Source of the DNA: Bdellovibrio sp.
GTDB taxonomy: Bacteria; Bdellovibrionota; Bdellovibrionia; Bdellovibrionales; Bdellovibrionaceae
Direction: 5' to 3'
Assembly: GCA_036676395.1 (NCBI GenBank)
Contig: JAKFCY010000002.1
Location: forward strand, 2,592,001 to 2,656,000
Length of the DNA: 64,000 bases
The position numbers were made by a program, and so were the translations under genes. Under the pieces are notes generated by a model. That model was not told the origin of the DNA and did not search any database. It worked only from the letters and a program-made list of their open reading frames with translations. Shown here piece by piece: positions 38,358 to 48,426 of this stretch. How positions within the stretch are numbered: the first letter of the stretch is position 1; every line of letters begins with the position of its first letter.

Positions 38358-40187
38358 ATGTTTGCTTCGAAAATTCGTAAAATACTGATCGGTGACCCAC
38401 TTCATAACTCTCAACAAGCTCATGAACTTATTCCTAAATGGAAAGCCTTAGCTTTACTTGCATCCGACGCCTTATCATCAATTGCGTACGCGACTGAAGA
38501 GATTATTATTCCGCTGACTTTATCTGGAATCGCTTTTGCGACGACATGGTCTTTACCGATTGCCTTAGGAATTTTAGCGCTGATGACGATCATCACGCTT
38601 TCATACCGCCAAACGATTAAGGCTTATCCAAATGGCGGCGGAGCCTACATCGTTGCCAAAGATAATTTAGGAACTGGTGCCGGCTTAGTCGCAGGTGCGG
38701 CTTTACTGATTGATTACACGTTAACGGTTGCCGTATCGGTTTCTGCAGGTATGGAGAATTTAGTTTCAGCTTTTCCAAGTCTTGCGTCAGTGCAAGTTTT
38801 CGCCGCCGTCTGGATTATTTTATTATTGATGGTTCTAAGTCTTCGTGGCGTTAAAGATTCTGCGACGATATTTGCGATTCCTACTTACTTATTTATTTTT
38901 TCAATTTTCACTTTAATCTTAACGGGCTTAATTAGAGGTCCAGAAGATACAACTATTCACCCGCATGTCGTGGTGATGAATAACATGCCAGAAATCGGAT
39001 TGATTTTACTGTTAAAAGCTTTTTCATCTGGGTGTACGGCTTTAACAGGTATTGAAGCGGTTTCTAACGGGATTCCGCTTTTTCGCCACCCTCAATCTAG
39101 AAATGCCAATCTAACACTAATGATGATGGTTATGATTTTAGGAAGCATGTTCGCCGGAATCACTTATTTAGTAAATTCTTACGACATCGTTAAAATTGAA
39201 GGCGTAACGTTGCTTGCAAGCTTAACTCAGGCTGTTATGGGTAACGGTTTTGGATTTTACTTTATTCAAATTTCAGTTTTCTTAATTTTATTTATGGCGG
39301 CATCAACTGCTTATGCGGATTTTCCACGCTTATCGTCATTACTTGCGATTGATCGATATGCTCCGCGCCAGCTAATCAGCATGGGCGACCGCTTAGTGTT
39401 TTCTAACGGAATCATCGCACTCTCGATGGGAGCAATTGCTTTAGTGATTATCTTTCGTGGACACACACATTCATTAATTCCCCTTTACGCTGTGGGCGTA
39501 TTTTTATCGTTCACTCTTTCTCAGGCCGGCATGGTCGTTCATCACTGGAAACTGCGCGAAAAGGGCTGGAGAGGCTCGATGATCATGAATGTGATCGGAA
39601 CGATTGTTACATTTTGCGTACTGATCGTGATTGGTTCATTCAAATTCACTCATGGCGCCTGGATGGTGATCGTTACGATTCCTGCGATTGTGTATGCGTT
39701 TCACCGCATTCACGTCCATTACGTGATGTTTGCGCGCGAACTTTCACAGTCTCATTACGACATCGTTGACCGCGAAGTGACTGATCACGTGGTCGTGATT
39801 CCTATCTCTGGCCTACATTTGGGCGTTATGAACGCAATCCGTTATGGAAAAAGCATGAGTAAAGATGTGCGCGTTATTTTCGTTAAAACCGATGAAGTTT
39901 CGTTGCAACGCATGAACGAGGCTTGGACAGCGAAATTTCCAGACATGAAGTTACATGTTTTAGATTCTCCGTACCGTTCAATTTCTGCTCCGATTTTAGA
40001 ATTTATTGATCATATTCGTAATGAGAATCCGAGTGAATTTATCACTGTGATTTTTCCTGAATTTGTGACTTACAAATGGTATCACCAACTGCTGCATAAC
40101 CAAACGGCTTGGCTGATCAAGCTTTCATTGATTTACAAAAAAAATGTCATCGTGACGAGCGTGAAATATCATCTTTCAACGACTTAA
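38358..40187 (+). CDS. APC-family transporter, KimA/YdaO-like (probable K+ uptake)
   Basis: ASDALSS.AYATEEI, YRQTI.AYPNGGGAY.VAK.NLG, GCTALTGIEAVSNG.P.F, LIPLYAVGVF, C-terminal cytosolic domain ending LHNQTA. Confidence 0.85.
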   Translation: MFASKIRKILIGDPLHNSQQAHELIPKWKALALLASDALSSIAYATEEIIIPLTLSGIAFATTWSLPIALGILALMTIITLSYRQTIKAYPNGGGAYIVAKDNLGTGAGLVAGAALLIDYTLTVAVSVSAGMENLVSAFPSLASVQVFAAVWIILLLMVLSLRGVKDSATIFAIPTYLFIFSIFTLILTGLIRGPEDTTIHPHVVVMNNMPEIGLILLLKAFSSGCTALTGIEAVSNGIPLFRHPQSRNANLTLMMMVMILGSMFAGITYLVNSYDIVKIEGVTLLASLTQAVMGNGFGFYFIQISVFLILFMAASTAYADFPRLSSLLAIDRYAPRQLISMGDRLVFSNGIIALSMGAIALVIIFRGHTHSLIPLYAVGVFLSFTLSQAGMVVHHWKLREKGWRGSMIMNVIGTIVTFCVLIVIGSFKFTHGAWMVIVTIPAIVYAFHRIHVHYVMFARELSQSHYDIVDREVTDHVVVIPISGLHLGVMNAIRYGKSMSKDVRVIFVKTDEVSLQRMNEAWTAKFPDMKLHVLDSPYRSISAPILEFIDHIRNENPSEFITVIFPEFVTYKWYHQLLHNQTAWLIKLSLIYKKNVIVTSVKYHLSTT

Positions 40188-40374
40188 TGGGCGCGCCAAG
40201 CGCGACATAAAAATCGCGCATTAAATTATTGTTAAGAACTAAGTCAAAATTTATTTGTCAAAAATTAATTGACGACAACGACTTTTTGTTTTGTGATGTG
40301 GGCATCACGGAAGATTAACAACAACAGGATGTACTACATCGATCTCAACAAGAGATAACACAACAGGAGTTCAC

Positions 40375-40647
40375 ATGAACAAAGCACAATTAATCGAAAA
40401 AATGGCTACTGAAACTAAAATGTCTAAAGCTCAATGCGAAAACGTAGTAGACTGCTTTATCGCTAACGTTAAAAAAACTGTTAAAAAAGGTGACGACGTT
40501 AAATTAGTTGGTTTCGGTACTTTCACTAAAGCTAAACGTAAAGCTCGCACTGGTCGCAATCCACAAACTGGCAAAGCCATCAAAATTCCTGCTGCTTGGG
40601 CTCCAAAATTCCGCGCTGGCGCTGAATTCAAAGCTTTAGTTAAGTAA
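40375..40647 (+). CDS. hup: DNA-binding protein HU
   Basis: MNKAQLI...LVGFGTF...RKARTGRNPQTG..IKIPA...PKFRAG. RBS AGGAG. Confidence 0.97.
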   Translation: MNKAQLIEKMATETKMSKAQCENVVDCFIANVKKTVKKGDDVKLVGFGTFTKAKRKARTGRNPQTGKAIKIPAAWAPKFRAGAEFKALVK

Positions 40648-40680
40648 TTAACTGATCTTTAAATTTCCAAATATAGAATT

Positions 40681-40712
40681 AAGGCTTGGTTGAAAAACCA
40701 AGCCTTTTTTAT
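40681..40712 (+). terminator. Rho-independent terminator after HU
   Basis: AAGGCTTGGTT-GAAA-AACCAAGCCTT followed by a T-tract. Confidence 0.85.
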
Positions 40713-40720
40713 TTTAAGCA

Positions 40721-41599
40721 CTAAGGTTTAAAACGATCACAAGCAGATACGATATCTGTATCGCTGATGTCCTGACATTGTCCGTTGATTTTAACAGCCC
40801 ACGCTTGAGCCAGGCCTGACAAGCTTTGGCATTGAGTGTAACGATCAACGATCGCAACTAGCGAACCATTACAACTGTCTGATTTATAAATCTCAACGTT
40901 ATTCGATGAAACCGCGCCACGAAGCGAACGACACGCCATTTTCGGAGATGTATCAGCTAAATCTTTACATACTCCACCGATAGTTACTGCCCATGCAGAG
41001 CTATCAGTCGATAAAGATTCACAGTTTGTGTGAGTTGAAATCACCGCAGATAAACTTCCGTTACAACTGTCAGACTTAAATACTCTTAAAGTATTCGGAT
41101 TACCCGCGCCTTTAAAAGTTTCACAAGCTTGCACCGCGTTCATATCTAACGTGTCTGTACATTTACCATTTACTTTAATCGCCCAAACAGCTGCTGCACC
41201 TGAATAAGATTGGCAGTTAGTTCCTGGATTAACGATTCCAACTAGTGAACCGTTACAGCTATCTGATTTAAACATTTCAACCTGGTCACCTGGCTGTGGG
41301 TGTGGTGGTTGGTATGGCGGCGGTTGCGGATGAGTCGGTGGCTGCGCAAGCACTTGGCGCAATAAATTTTCGGCGCGATCAAGACGATCGTTCACATAAC
41401 GAAGTCTTTCTTTTTGATCATTCGTCGTTGCTGTTTGATACAGAATACGAGTTTGTTGGTGAGCTGCTTCAACCTCAGTTAAAGAGTTTTGCACAAGAAT
41501 ATTATCGTTATTTAACATTCCGATATTATGTAATTGTGCTACCGCGAACTGACTGCAAAAAGTACCGATCAAGGCACATGCGATCAACTTAGTTTTCAT
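40721..41599 (-). CDS. Secreted protein with three tandem four-Cys repeats
   Basis: Signal peptide, coiled segment, Pro/Gln linker, then 3x KSDSCNGSL..C..WA..G.C.D..AC. Confidence 0.85.
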   Translation of the reverse strand: MKTKLIACALIGTFCSQFAVAQLHNIGMLNNDNILVQNSLTEVEAAHQQTRILYQTATTNDQKERLRYVNDRLDRAENLLRQVLAQPPTHPQPPPYQPPHPQPGDQVEMFKSDSCNGSLVGIVNPGTNCQSYSGAAAVWAIKVNGKCTDTLDMNAVQACETFKGAGNPNTLRVFKSDSCNGSLSAVISTHTNCESLSTDSSAWAVTIGGVCKDLADTSPKMACRSLRGAVSSNNVEIYKSDSCNGSLVAIVDRYTQCQSLSGLAQAWAVKINGQCQDISDTDIVSACDRFKP

Positions 41600-41653
41600 A
41601 GAATTCCCCCTGGTTTATTTAATCCCCAGCGAAATCTATACCATAATTTATTT

Positions 41654-41669
41654 AGCTATTATGACACCA
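41654..41669 (-). promoter_or_regulatory. Candidate sigma-54 promoter
   Basis: Minus strand TGGTGTCATAATAGCT (GG-N10-GC). Confidence 0.45.
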
Positions 41670-41769
41670 GCGATAATTACTGTGTCACAACTCAGTTTCA
41701 CTTGGAATTTTAAGCAGTTAGAGTTCTGGAATTCTTTATCTGTAAACAGAGTAGACAGGCTTTAGGCAT

Positions 41770-41803
41770 AAAAAAAGCCCGGTTATTTCTAACCAGGCTT
41801 TTT
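41770..41803 (-). terminator. Rho-independent terminator after the protease gene
   Basis: Minus strand AGCCTGGTTA-GAAA-TAACCGGGCT followed by a T-tract. Confidence 0.8.
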
Positions 41804-41838
41804 GAATATCAATTACTGCGGACTAAAACTCGGCGCGC

Positions 41839-42660
41839 CTACGGCACAACAAAAGATGGAGTTTCAGTTTTTAATAACGCTGCAGTTTCTAAGATGAAAG
41901 TTTCAAACTTAGAAGCATAAGTGTATTCACCGAAGTGATGGCAATCTGGAGCGCCATCATGAGGACCGCGGGTGATACCGTAGACGTATAACACACCATC
42001 TTTTTCTAAGTAAGCTGGGCCACCAGAATCACCGTTACAAGCGCCAGTAGCTTTAGTTTGATCAGTCACTAAGATTGCATCTGCATCTAAGATTTTTGCC
42101 ATTGGCACAGTTACTTTACGTAATGCTTCAGTGTCTTTACCCGTTGTATCGTCAGTTACACCGTAGCCAGCAAGTAACATCGGCATACCTACCGTTAATG
42201 GGTAGTTAGCGCTGATGATAGAAACTGGTTTGTAAGGAGCTGGAGCTGATTTCGCTAATGCGATTAAAGCCACATCGTTAAGTCTGTTCGTTCCGTATTT
42301 TGGGTGAATTTGAAAATCAGCTAATTCGATCATTGTTTCAGGATCTAGCTTGTCGATCACGTTAATTGAAAAAGCCACGCGAATTGAGTTTTTGCTCATA
42401 CCACGCAAACAGTGCGCTGCTGTTAATACTAAATTTGGAGAAATTAAGGTTCCAGTACACATTGCATAGGCGTTGTTACCTTCAATGTATTTTAAAGCTA
42501 CTGTTGAATTAGCAACGATATCACTTGGCTGAACAACTTCGCCGCCAAGAATTTTTGCTGTTTCAGCGTTATTATCGTAAATAGAGCTTACGTTTTTTTG
42601 ACATGCTGTGAAATTTAGAAGTGCAGCTACCGCTAATAATGCAGATATGTTTTTTAACAT
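41839..42660 (-). CDS. Trypsin-like (S1) serine protease lipoprotein
   Basis: Lipobox FTA-C, ILGG mature start, CTGTLI, LTAAHC, NDVAL, GDSGGP. ATG 42660 with RBS GAGGGG. Confidence 0.93.
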   Translation of the reverse strand: MLKNISALLAVAALLNFTACQKNVSSIYDNNAETAKILGGEVVQPSDIVANSTVALKYIEGNNAYAMCTGTLISPNLVLTAAHCLRGMSKNSIRVAFSINVIDKLDPETMIELADFQIHPKYGTNRLNDVALIALAKSAPAPYKPVSIISANYPLTVGMPMLLAGYGVTDDTTGKDTEALRKVTVPMAKILDADAILVTDQTKATGACNGDSGGPAYLEKDGVLYVYGITRGPHDGAPDCHHFGEYTYASKFETFILETAALLKTETPSFVVP

Positions 42661-42735
42661 TGGAATCCCCTCTTGATATTTGAGCCGCAACCTAACAAAA
42701 TCATAGGGTGTCCGTCAGTAAAAAAGAGGTGCCAT

Positions 42736-43704
42736 ATGAAGAAAATAGCTGTTTACACCAGTGGTGGAGATGCTCCAGGAATGAATGCTGCCATTCGCGC
42801 GGTGGTTAGAACTGCCCACAGCAAAAGTGTTGAAATCGTAGGGATTTTAAGTGGTTACGTTGGCATGGTCGAAAATAAAATGGTGACCTTGGCCGCCCGG
42901 GATATGGCCAATATCGTTCAGCGGGGCGGAACCATTTTAAAGACCGGCAGATCAGCCGAATTCATGAAGCCCGAATACCGCGCAATTGCTGCAGAAAATT
43001 TACGAAAAGCCGGCATCGAAGGGTTGATCTGCATTGGTGGTGATGGATCTTTTCGCGGGGCTCAAGCCCTCTTTGCCGAACATAAAATTCCTGTGATCGG
43101 CATTGCCGGAACAATTGATAACGACGTTTACGGTGTTGATGACACGATTGGTTTTGATACTGCAGTCAACACCGCTCTGGATGCCATTGATAAAATCCGT
43201 GATACTGCCGATTCGCATGACCGCATTTTTATTGTTGAAGTGATGGGAAGAAATTCTGGCTTTATCGCATCTGCCGTGGGTTTGGCCGGAGGTGCCGAAG
43301 AAATTTTGACCGCCGAAAATGTTGTCGGTGTTGATAAAATTGTGGAAAAACTGCGCGAATCTCGAGCGAAAGGAAAAACCAGCAGTATCTTAATCACCGC
43401 CGAAGGACAAAAACCCGGGCGTGGTTATGATTTAGCTGAAGCTATTCGCAAAAAATCAAATCTTGATGCCAAAGTTTGCATTTTAGGCCATCAACAGCGC
43501 GGTGGCAGCCCTACGGCTCACGACCGGATTCTGGCTTCCCGCCTGGGTTCTGAAGCGGTCGCTGCTTTACTGAGCGGAAAAACTAATTTGATGATTGGAA
43601 CACTTGGAAATAAATTAGTAGAGCTTCCTTTGGAACAAGTTGCGCAGAATGAAAAACGTGGTGACACCACTCTGATTCAGCTTGCCAGAATACTCTCTGT
43701 TTAG
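42736..43704 (+). CDS. pfkA: ATP-dependent 6-phosphofructokinase
   Basis: TSGGDAPGMNA, GGDGS, TIDND, EVMGR, LGHQQRGG.P. RBS GAGG before ATG 42736. Confidence 0.97.
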   Translation: MKKIAVYTSGGDAPGMNAAIRAVVRTAHSKSVEIVGILSGYVGMVENKMVTLAARDMANIVQRGGTILKTGRSAEFMKPEYRAIAAENLRKAGIEGLICIGGDGSFRGAQALFAEHKIPVIGIAGTIDNDVYGVDDTIGFDTAVNTALDAIDKIRDTADSHDRIFIVEVMGRNSGFIASAVGLAGGAEEILTAENVVGVDKIVEKLRESRAKGKTSSILITAEGQKPGRGYDLAEAIRKKSNLDAKVCILGHQQRGGSPTAHDRILASRLGSEAVAALLSGKTNLMIGTLGNKLVELPLEQVAQNEKRGDTTLIQLARILSV

Positions 43705-43820
43705 GTTAAATTAAACCGTTAAATAATTAGATTACAGTTAATCGACAAATTAATGAATACAGTTTGTTGAAAACAAATTACTTAAGTTAAACGGTTTAAT
43801 TACCCTAAAGGAAGGTCTCA

Positions 43821-44957
43821 ATGAAAAACATGTTCTCATTACTTTCAATTGCAGCATTGCTTGCATTTGTTGGTTGCACAAAAAAAGAAGAAAACAAAAA
43901 CGAAATTTTATTAGGAAGCTACAGTTCTAACACGGGCGCAACGGCTACTTTTGGCGTTTACCAAATGCGCGGTATCGAAATGGCGATCAATGAAATCAAT
44001 GCTGCTGGCGGCATCAACGGCAAGATGATCAAACACATCAACTACGATAACAAGTCTGATAACTCTGAAACGTTAGCTGTAGTGAATCGTTTAATCTCTC
44101 AGGATAAAGTTGTAGCTATCATCGGTGAAGCAACTTCTGGCCGTTCTAAAATCGGCGCACAAGTCGCTCAGGAAAACAAAATTCCAATGTTAACTTCTTC
44201 TGCAACAAACCCAGAAGTAACTAAAGTTGGAAACTACATCTTCCGCGCTTGTTTTATCGATCCATTCCAGGGTTTAGTTATGGCTAAATTCATGGTTAAT
44301 GATTTAAAAATGAAAAAAGCAGCTATTTTACGTGACGTAAAAAGTGATTACTCTGTGGGTTTATCAGATGTTTTCAAAGCTGAATTAATTAAAGCTGGCG
44401 GCGAAATCGTTGATGATATCGCTTACCAAGAAGGTGACGTAGATTTTAAATCTCAGTTAGCTTCTATTAAGGGTAAAAAGCCAGACGCTATTTTTGTTCC
44501 TGGTTACTACAATGAAGTGGCACTTATCGCTCGCCAAGCTAAAGAGTTAGGTATGAACCAACCTCTATTAGGCGGTGACGGTTGGTCTTCTCCAGATCTT
44601 TTCAAAATTGCTAAAGATGCAATCAACGGATCTTACTTTTCTAACCACTATACAACTGAATCAACTGATCCTAAAACTGTTGAATTCGTAAAAAACTTCA
44701 AAGCTAAGTACAACGAAGATGCTGACGTAATGGCTGCTCTTGCTTACGATGCAACTTACATGATGGCTGAAGCGATGAAAACGGCTAAAGAAATTACACC
44801 AGAAAATATTCGCGCAGGTTTAGCTGGCATTAAAAACTTTCATGGTGTAACTGGAACAATTACTATGAACGAAAGCCGTGATGCGGTTAAAAGTGCTGTT
44901 GTTGTTCGTGTTCAGGGTCCTGAATACAAATTCGTAACAAGCGTAACACCACAGTAA
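43821..44957 (+). CDS. livK: Branched-chain amino acid ABC transporter substrate-binding lipoprotein
   Basis: Lipobox FVG-C, INAAGGING, type I periplasmic-binding fold, first gene of the liv operon. Confidence 0.88.
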   Translation: MKNMFSLLSIAALLAFVGCTKKEENKNEILLGSYSSNTGATATFGVYQMRGIEMAINEINAAGGINGKMIKHINYDNKSDNSETLAVVNRLISQDKVVAIIGEATSGRSKIGAQVAQENKIPMLTSSATNPEVTKVGNYIFRACFIDPFQGLVMAKFMVNDLKMKKAAILRDVKSDYSVGLSDVFKAELIKAGGEIVDDIAYQEGDVDFKSQLASIKGKKPDAIFVPGYYNEVALIARQAKELGMNQPLLGGDGWSSPDLFKIAKDAINGSYFSNHYTTESTDPKTVEFVKNFKAKYNEDADVMAALAYDATYMMAEAMKTAKEITPENIRAGLAGIKNFHGVTGTITMNESRDAVKSAVVVRVQGPEYKFVTSVTPQ

Positions 44958-44977
44958 TCTTTCAACAGGAGTTGATA

Positions 44978-45880
44978 ATGCAGGAATTTCTACAACATAC
45001 GTTAAATGGCCTTAGCTTTGGCAGCGTTTACGCCCTCATCGCCCTAGGATATACGATGGTGTATGGAATTCTTGCTATGATTAACTTTGCCCATTCTGAT
45101 ATCTACATGATGGGTGCTTTCGGCACGTTTTATTTTATTAATTTTTTAAAATTAGGTGAAAGCCCAAGCCCAATTACTTTCGCGATTGGTTTACTGGCGG
45201 CGATGTTATTTTCGGGTTTAGTGGGCTTCTTAGTTGAAAAGCTTGCTTATAAGCCTTTACGCAATTCTCCTAAGATGAATGTTTTAATCACGGCGATTGG
45301 CGTAAGTATTCTTTTTGAATTCGGCGGACAAATTGTATTTGGTGTAAACCCAAAATCATTTCCACAATTAATGGTCGATGCCGAGATTTTTAACTTCATG
45401 GATATCTCGGTGCGCTTGTTAGATATCATTATCTATTTGGTGACGATCATCTCTTTAGTTTCGTTAAGTTTTTTAATTGGCAAAACCCAAACTGGCCGCG
45501 CCATGCAAGCCGTGAGTTCACGCCCAGATATGGCGCCTTTAATGGGAATCAACATTAATAAAATTATTTCTTTTACTTTTGTTGTTGGTTCAGTTTTAGC
45601 CGGTGTAGCTGCAGTTCTTGTGGCGATGAAATATCCAAAAATTGATCCGATGATGGGTGTAAAAATCGGAACCAGCGCTTTCGTCGCTGCCGTATTCGGC
45701 GGTATCGGCTCATTACCCGGGGCAGTGCTTGGTGGATATATTTTAGGTCTTGGCGAATACTATCTAATCGGTTACGGGGCTTCGACTTACAAAGAAGCTT
45801 TATCGTTTATGTTATTAATCTTAATTTTATTGGTTAAGCCAACGGGTCTTATGGGCACTAAAGCCAAAGAGAAAATCTAG
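44978..45880 (+). CDS. livH: BCAA ABC transporter permease
   Basis: GSVYALIALGYTMVYG...INFAH, GGIGSLPGA.LGG. ATG 44978 after AGGAG. Confidence 0.92.
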   Translation: MQEFLQHTLNGLSFGSVYALIALGYTMVYGILAMINFAHSDIYMMGAFGTFYFINFLKLGESPSPITFAIGLLAAMLFSGLVGFLVEKLAYKPLRNSPKMNVLITAIGVSILFEFGGQIVFGVNPKSFPQLMVDAEIFNFMDISVRLLDIIIYLVTIISLVSLSFLIGKTQTGRAMQAVSSRPDMAPLMGININKIISFTFVVGSVLAGVAAVLVAMKYPKIDPMMGVKIGTSAFVAAVFGGIGSLPGAVLGGYILGLGEYYLIGYGASTYKEALSFMLLILILLVKPTGLMGTKAKEKI

Positions 45881-45882
45881 TT

Positions 45883-46812
45883 ATGAATTTTATGGCGAAA
45901 AATAAATTAGTTTTATTTGTGATTTCATTCATAGTTATTGGCGTAATTTGCCAATTTGCTTTGAATTCGTATATTCAGGCCTTAGTCATTAGTTTTATGA
46001 TCAATGCGATTATGGCTTTATCATTAAATTTTATCACTGGCGTTGCTAATCAATTCTCGTTAGGCCATGCAGGATTCATGGCCTTAGGCGCTTACACTTC
46101 AGCTGTATTAACCAAAATGTTTTTAGCTGATCAATGGTACTTTATTCCTGTAACAGCACTTGCCGGCGCCATTGTTGCAACGGCTGCAGGTTATTTAGTG
46201 GCGCTTCCGTCATTTAAACTTCGCGGTGATTATTTAGCCATCGTCACTATGGGTTTTGCCGAAATCGTTCGGGTATTATTCTTAAATTGGGATTACGTTG
46301 GCGGGCCGCGTGGCTTTAATGCGATCGTTAAATGGCCTGATTTTTCAATTTCTTACGCAATGACGGGTTTTTTCTTATTCATCACGTTCTTAGTTTTATA
46401 CCATTTAAAAATTTCTTGGTTCGGCAGAAATCTTTGGGCCCTCAATGAAGATGAAATTGCGGCCGAAGTCATGGGTACTCCGATTGCTAAAAATAAACGT
46501 TACGCGTTTTTATTTTCAAGCTTTTTTGCTGGCCTTGGCGGAGCGCTTTTCGGTCACCAGCTTGGTTATATCAGCCCGGCCTCTTTTGGTTTTTTAATGT
46601 CTGTGCAAATTCTAATTTTTGCCGTGCTTGGCGGCCTTGGTTCAATGTCGGGCTCTGTATTAGCTGCCGGAATTTTAACGGCACTGCCTGAAGTTCTTCG
46701 TTCGCTTCCTACGGGGGGCATTGATATTCGTATGATCGTATTTCCGATCTTGCTAATCTTACTTATGATTCTTAGACCACAGGGCTTATTAGGCCGTAAG
46801 GAGTTATTCTAA
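45883..46812 (+). CDS. livM: BCAA ABC transporter permease
   Basis: SLGHAGF..LGAY, LRGDYLAIVTMGFAEI, LGGLGS.SG. Confidence 0.92.
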   Translation: MNFMAKNKLVLFVISFIVIGVICQFALNSYIQALVISFMINAIMALSLNFITGVANQFSLGHAGFMALGAYTSAVLTKMFLADQWYFIPVTALAGAIVATAAGYLVALPSFKLRGDYLAIVTMGFAEIVRVLFLNWDYVGGPRGFNAIVKWPDFSISYAMTGFFLFITFLVLYHLKISWFGRNLWALNEDEIAAEVMGTPIAKNKRYAFLFSSFFAGLGGALFGHQLGYISPASFGFLMSVQILIFAVLGGLGSMSGSVLAAGILTALPEVLRSLPTGGIDIRMIVFPILLILLMILRPQGLLGRKELF

Positions 46813-47591
46813 TGAGTACTCCCGTTAAAATGTTATCAGTTGAAAATTTAAACTTAAGTTTCGGCGGCATCAAAGCCGTTGATCAAGTCAGTTTTCATAT
46901 TAATGAACATGAATTATTAGGCCTTATCGGCCCGAATGGCGCCGGTAAAACGACAGTGTTCAATATGATCTCGGGCTTTTACCGGGCCGATTCTGGAACC
47001 ATGAAACTTCGCGAAGAAGTTATTAACGAATTTTCTCCGGATAAAGTTAATAAAGCCGGTATTGCCCGTACCTTTCAAAATATCCGCCTGTTTGGCAAAT
47101 TATCTGTTTTAGAAAATGTTTTATTGGCGATGCAACAAACTGAAACACTCGGCTGGTTTGAAAGTTTATTTCGCACCAAAAGTTATTTAGAAAAAGAACA
47201 AATCTTAAAAAACCGTTCTTTAGAACTTTTAAAAATCTTCAGTCTTGATCACTTAGCCGAAGAATTATCGTGCAATCTTCCGTACGGTTTACAACGCAAA
47301 CTTGAAATTGTGCGCGCATTGGCCACGAAACCCACGCTATTAATCTTAGATGAACCTGCAGCAGGCATGAATCACCAGGAAACTGATGATTTGAAAAAAT
47401 TAATTCATTTCGTAAAAGATAAATTCAACTTAACTGTTTTATTAATCGAACATGACATGAAGCTTGTGATGTCAATTTGCGAGCGTATCGTGGTATTAAA
47501 TCGTGGTGTTAAGATTGCCGAAGGTGTTCCTGCCGAAATTAAAGCTAATCCTTCAGTGATTGAAGCCTACTTAGGAAAAAGGTCTCATTAA
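46812..47591 (+). CDS. livG: BCAA ABC transporter ATP-binding protein
   Basis: GPNGAGKTT, GIARTFQNIRLF, LPYG, LDEPAAG, EHDM. Confidence 0.93.
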   Translation: MSTPVKMLSVENLNLSFGGIKAVDQVSFHINEHELLGLIGPNGAGKTTVFNMISGFYRADSGTMKLREEVINEFSPDKVNKAGIARTFQNIRLFGKLSVLENVLLAMQQTETLGWFESLFRTKSYLEKEQILKNRSLELLKIFSLDHLAEELSCNLPYGLQRKLEIVRALATKPTLLILDEPAAGMNHQETDDLKKLIHFVKDKFNLTVLLIEHDMKLVMSICERIVVLNRGVKIAEGVPAEIKANPSVIEAYLGKRSH

Positions 47592-48313
47592 TGGCTGCTA
47601 AAATTAAAATTGAACATCTAGCTATTAATTACGGAAACATCAAAGCTGTTAAAGAAATTAGTTTTGAATTTAAACGTAGCCAAATCACCACCCTAATCGG
47701 CGCCAATGGCGCTGGTAAAACATCGACCTTAAAATGTATTGCAGGCTTGCTTCCGGCAAAAAACGGTAAAATTACCTTAGATAACGGCAGCATTCATATC
47801 GATATCACGAAAATGACTCCTGCAGATCGTTTACGAGCTAAGCTTGCGTTATGCCCTGAAGGGCGCGGTGTATTTCCGAATCTATCTGTGCGCGATAATT
47901 TAATGTTAGGGGCTTACCTTAATAAAGATTCTAAAAGAATTCTGGAACTTGTTGAACAGCAATATGAATTATTTCCTAAATTAGCCGAGCGCCGTACTCA
48001 GCTGTCTGGAACATTATCTGGCGGCGAACAGCAGATGTTAGCTATTGCCAGAGCGTTAATGAGCGAACCTGAATTTTTAATGTTAGATGAACCATCGTTA
48101 GGTTTAGCACCGGTTATCGTTGAGCAGATCTTTGATAAATTTGTGATGTTAAAAAAACAAGGGCTTGGATTATTAGTTGTCGAACAAAATGCAAGTTTAG
48201 CTTTAGAAGTTTCTGATTATGCCTACGTTCTTGAAACAGGCACTATGACGTTGAATGGAACTGGTGAGGCTTTGTTAAAAGATTCTCGCGTACAGGAAGC
48301 GTATCTTTCATAG
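47591..48313 (+). CDS. livF: BCAA ABC transporter ATP-binding protein
   Basis: GANGAGKT, PEGR.VF, LSGGEQQMLA, LDEPSLGLAP, VEQN. Confidence 0.93.
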   Translation: MAAKIKIEHLAINYGNIKAVKEISFEFKRSQITTLIGANGAGKTSTLKCIAGLLPAKNGKITLDNGSIHIDITKMTPADRLRAKLALCPEGRGVFPNLSVRDNLMLGAYLNKDSKRILELVEQQYELFPKLAERRTQLSGTLSGGEQQMLAIARALMSEPEFLMLDEPSLGLAPVIVEQIFDKFVMLKKQGLGLLVVEQNASLALEVSDYAYVLETGTMTLNGTGEALLKDSRVQEAYLS

Positions 48314-48393
48314 TCATTTGTACAAATAGCTAAAACAGCGAACGTGACTAATCGCTCGCCGTTTTAATGGAGTGTTGGTTCTATTTCTAAAAA

Positions 48394-48415
48394 TGAGCGG
48401 TCTTTCAACCGCTCA
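48394..48415. terminator. Stem-loop between convergent livF and flgE
   Basis: TGAGCGGT-N6-ACCGCTCA, with a second longer minus-strand stem at about 48332-48365. Confidence 0.55.
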
Positions 48416-48426
48416 CCTTATTTAAA

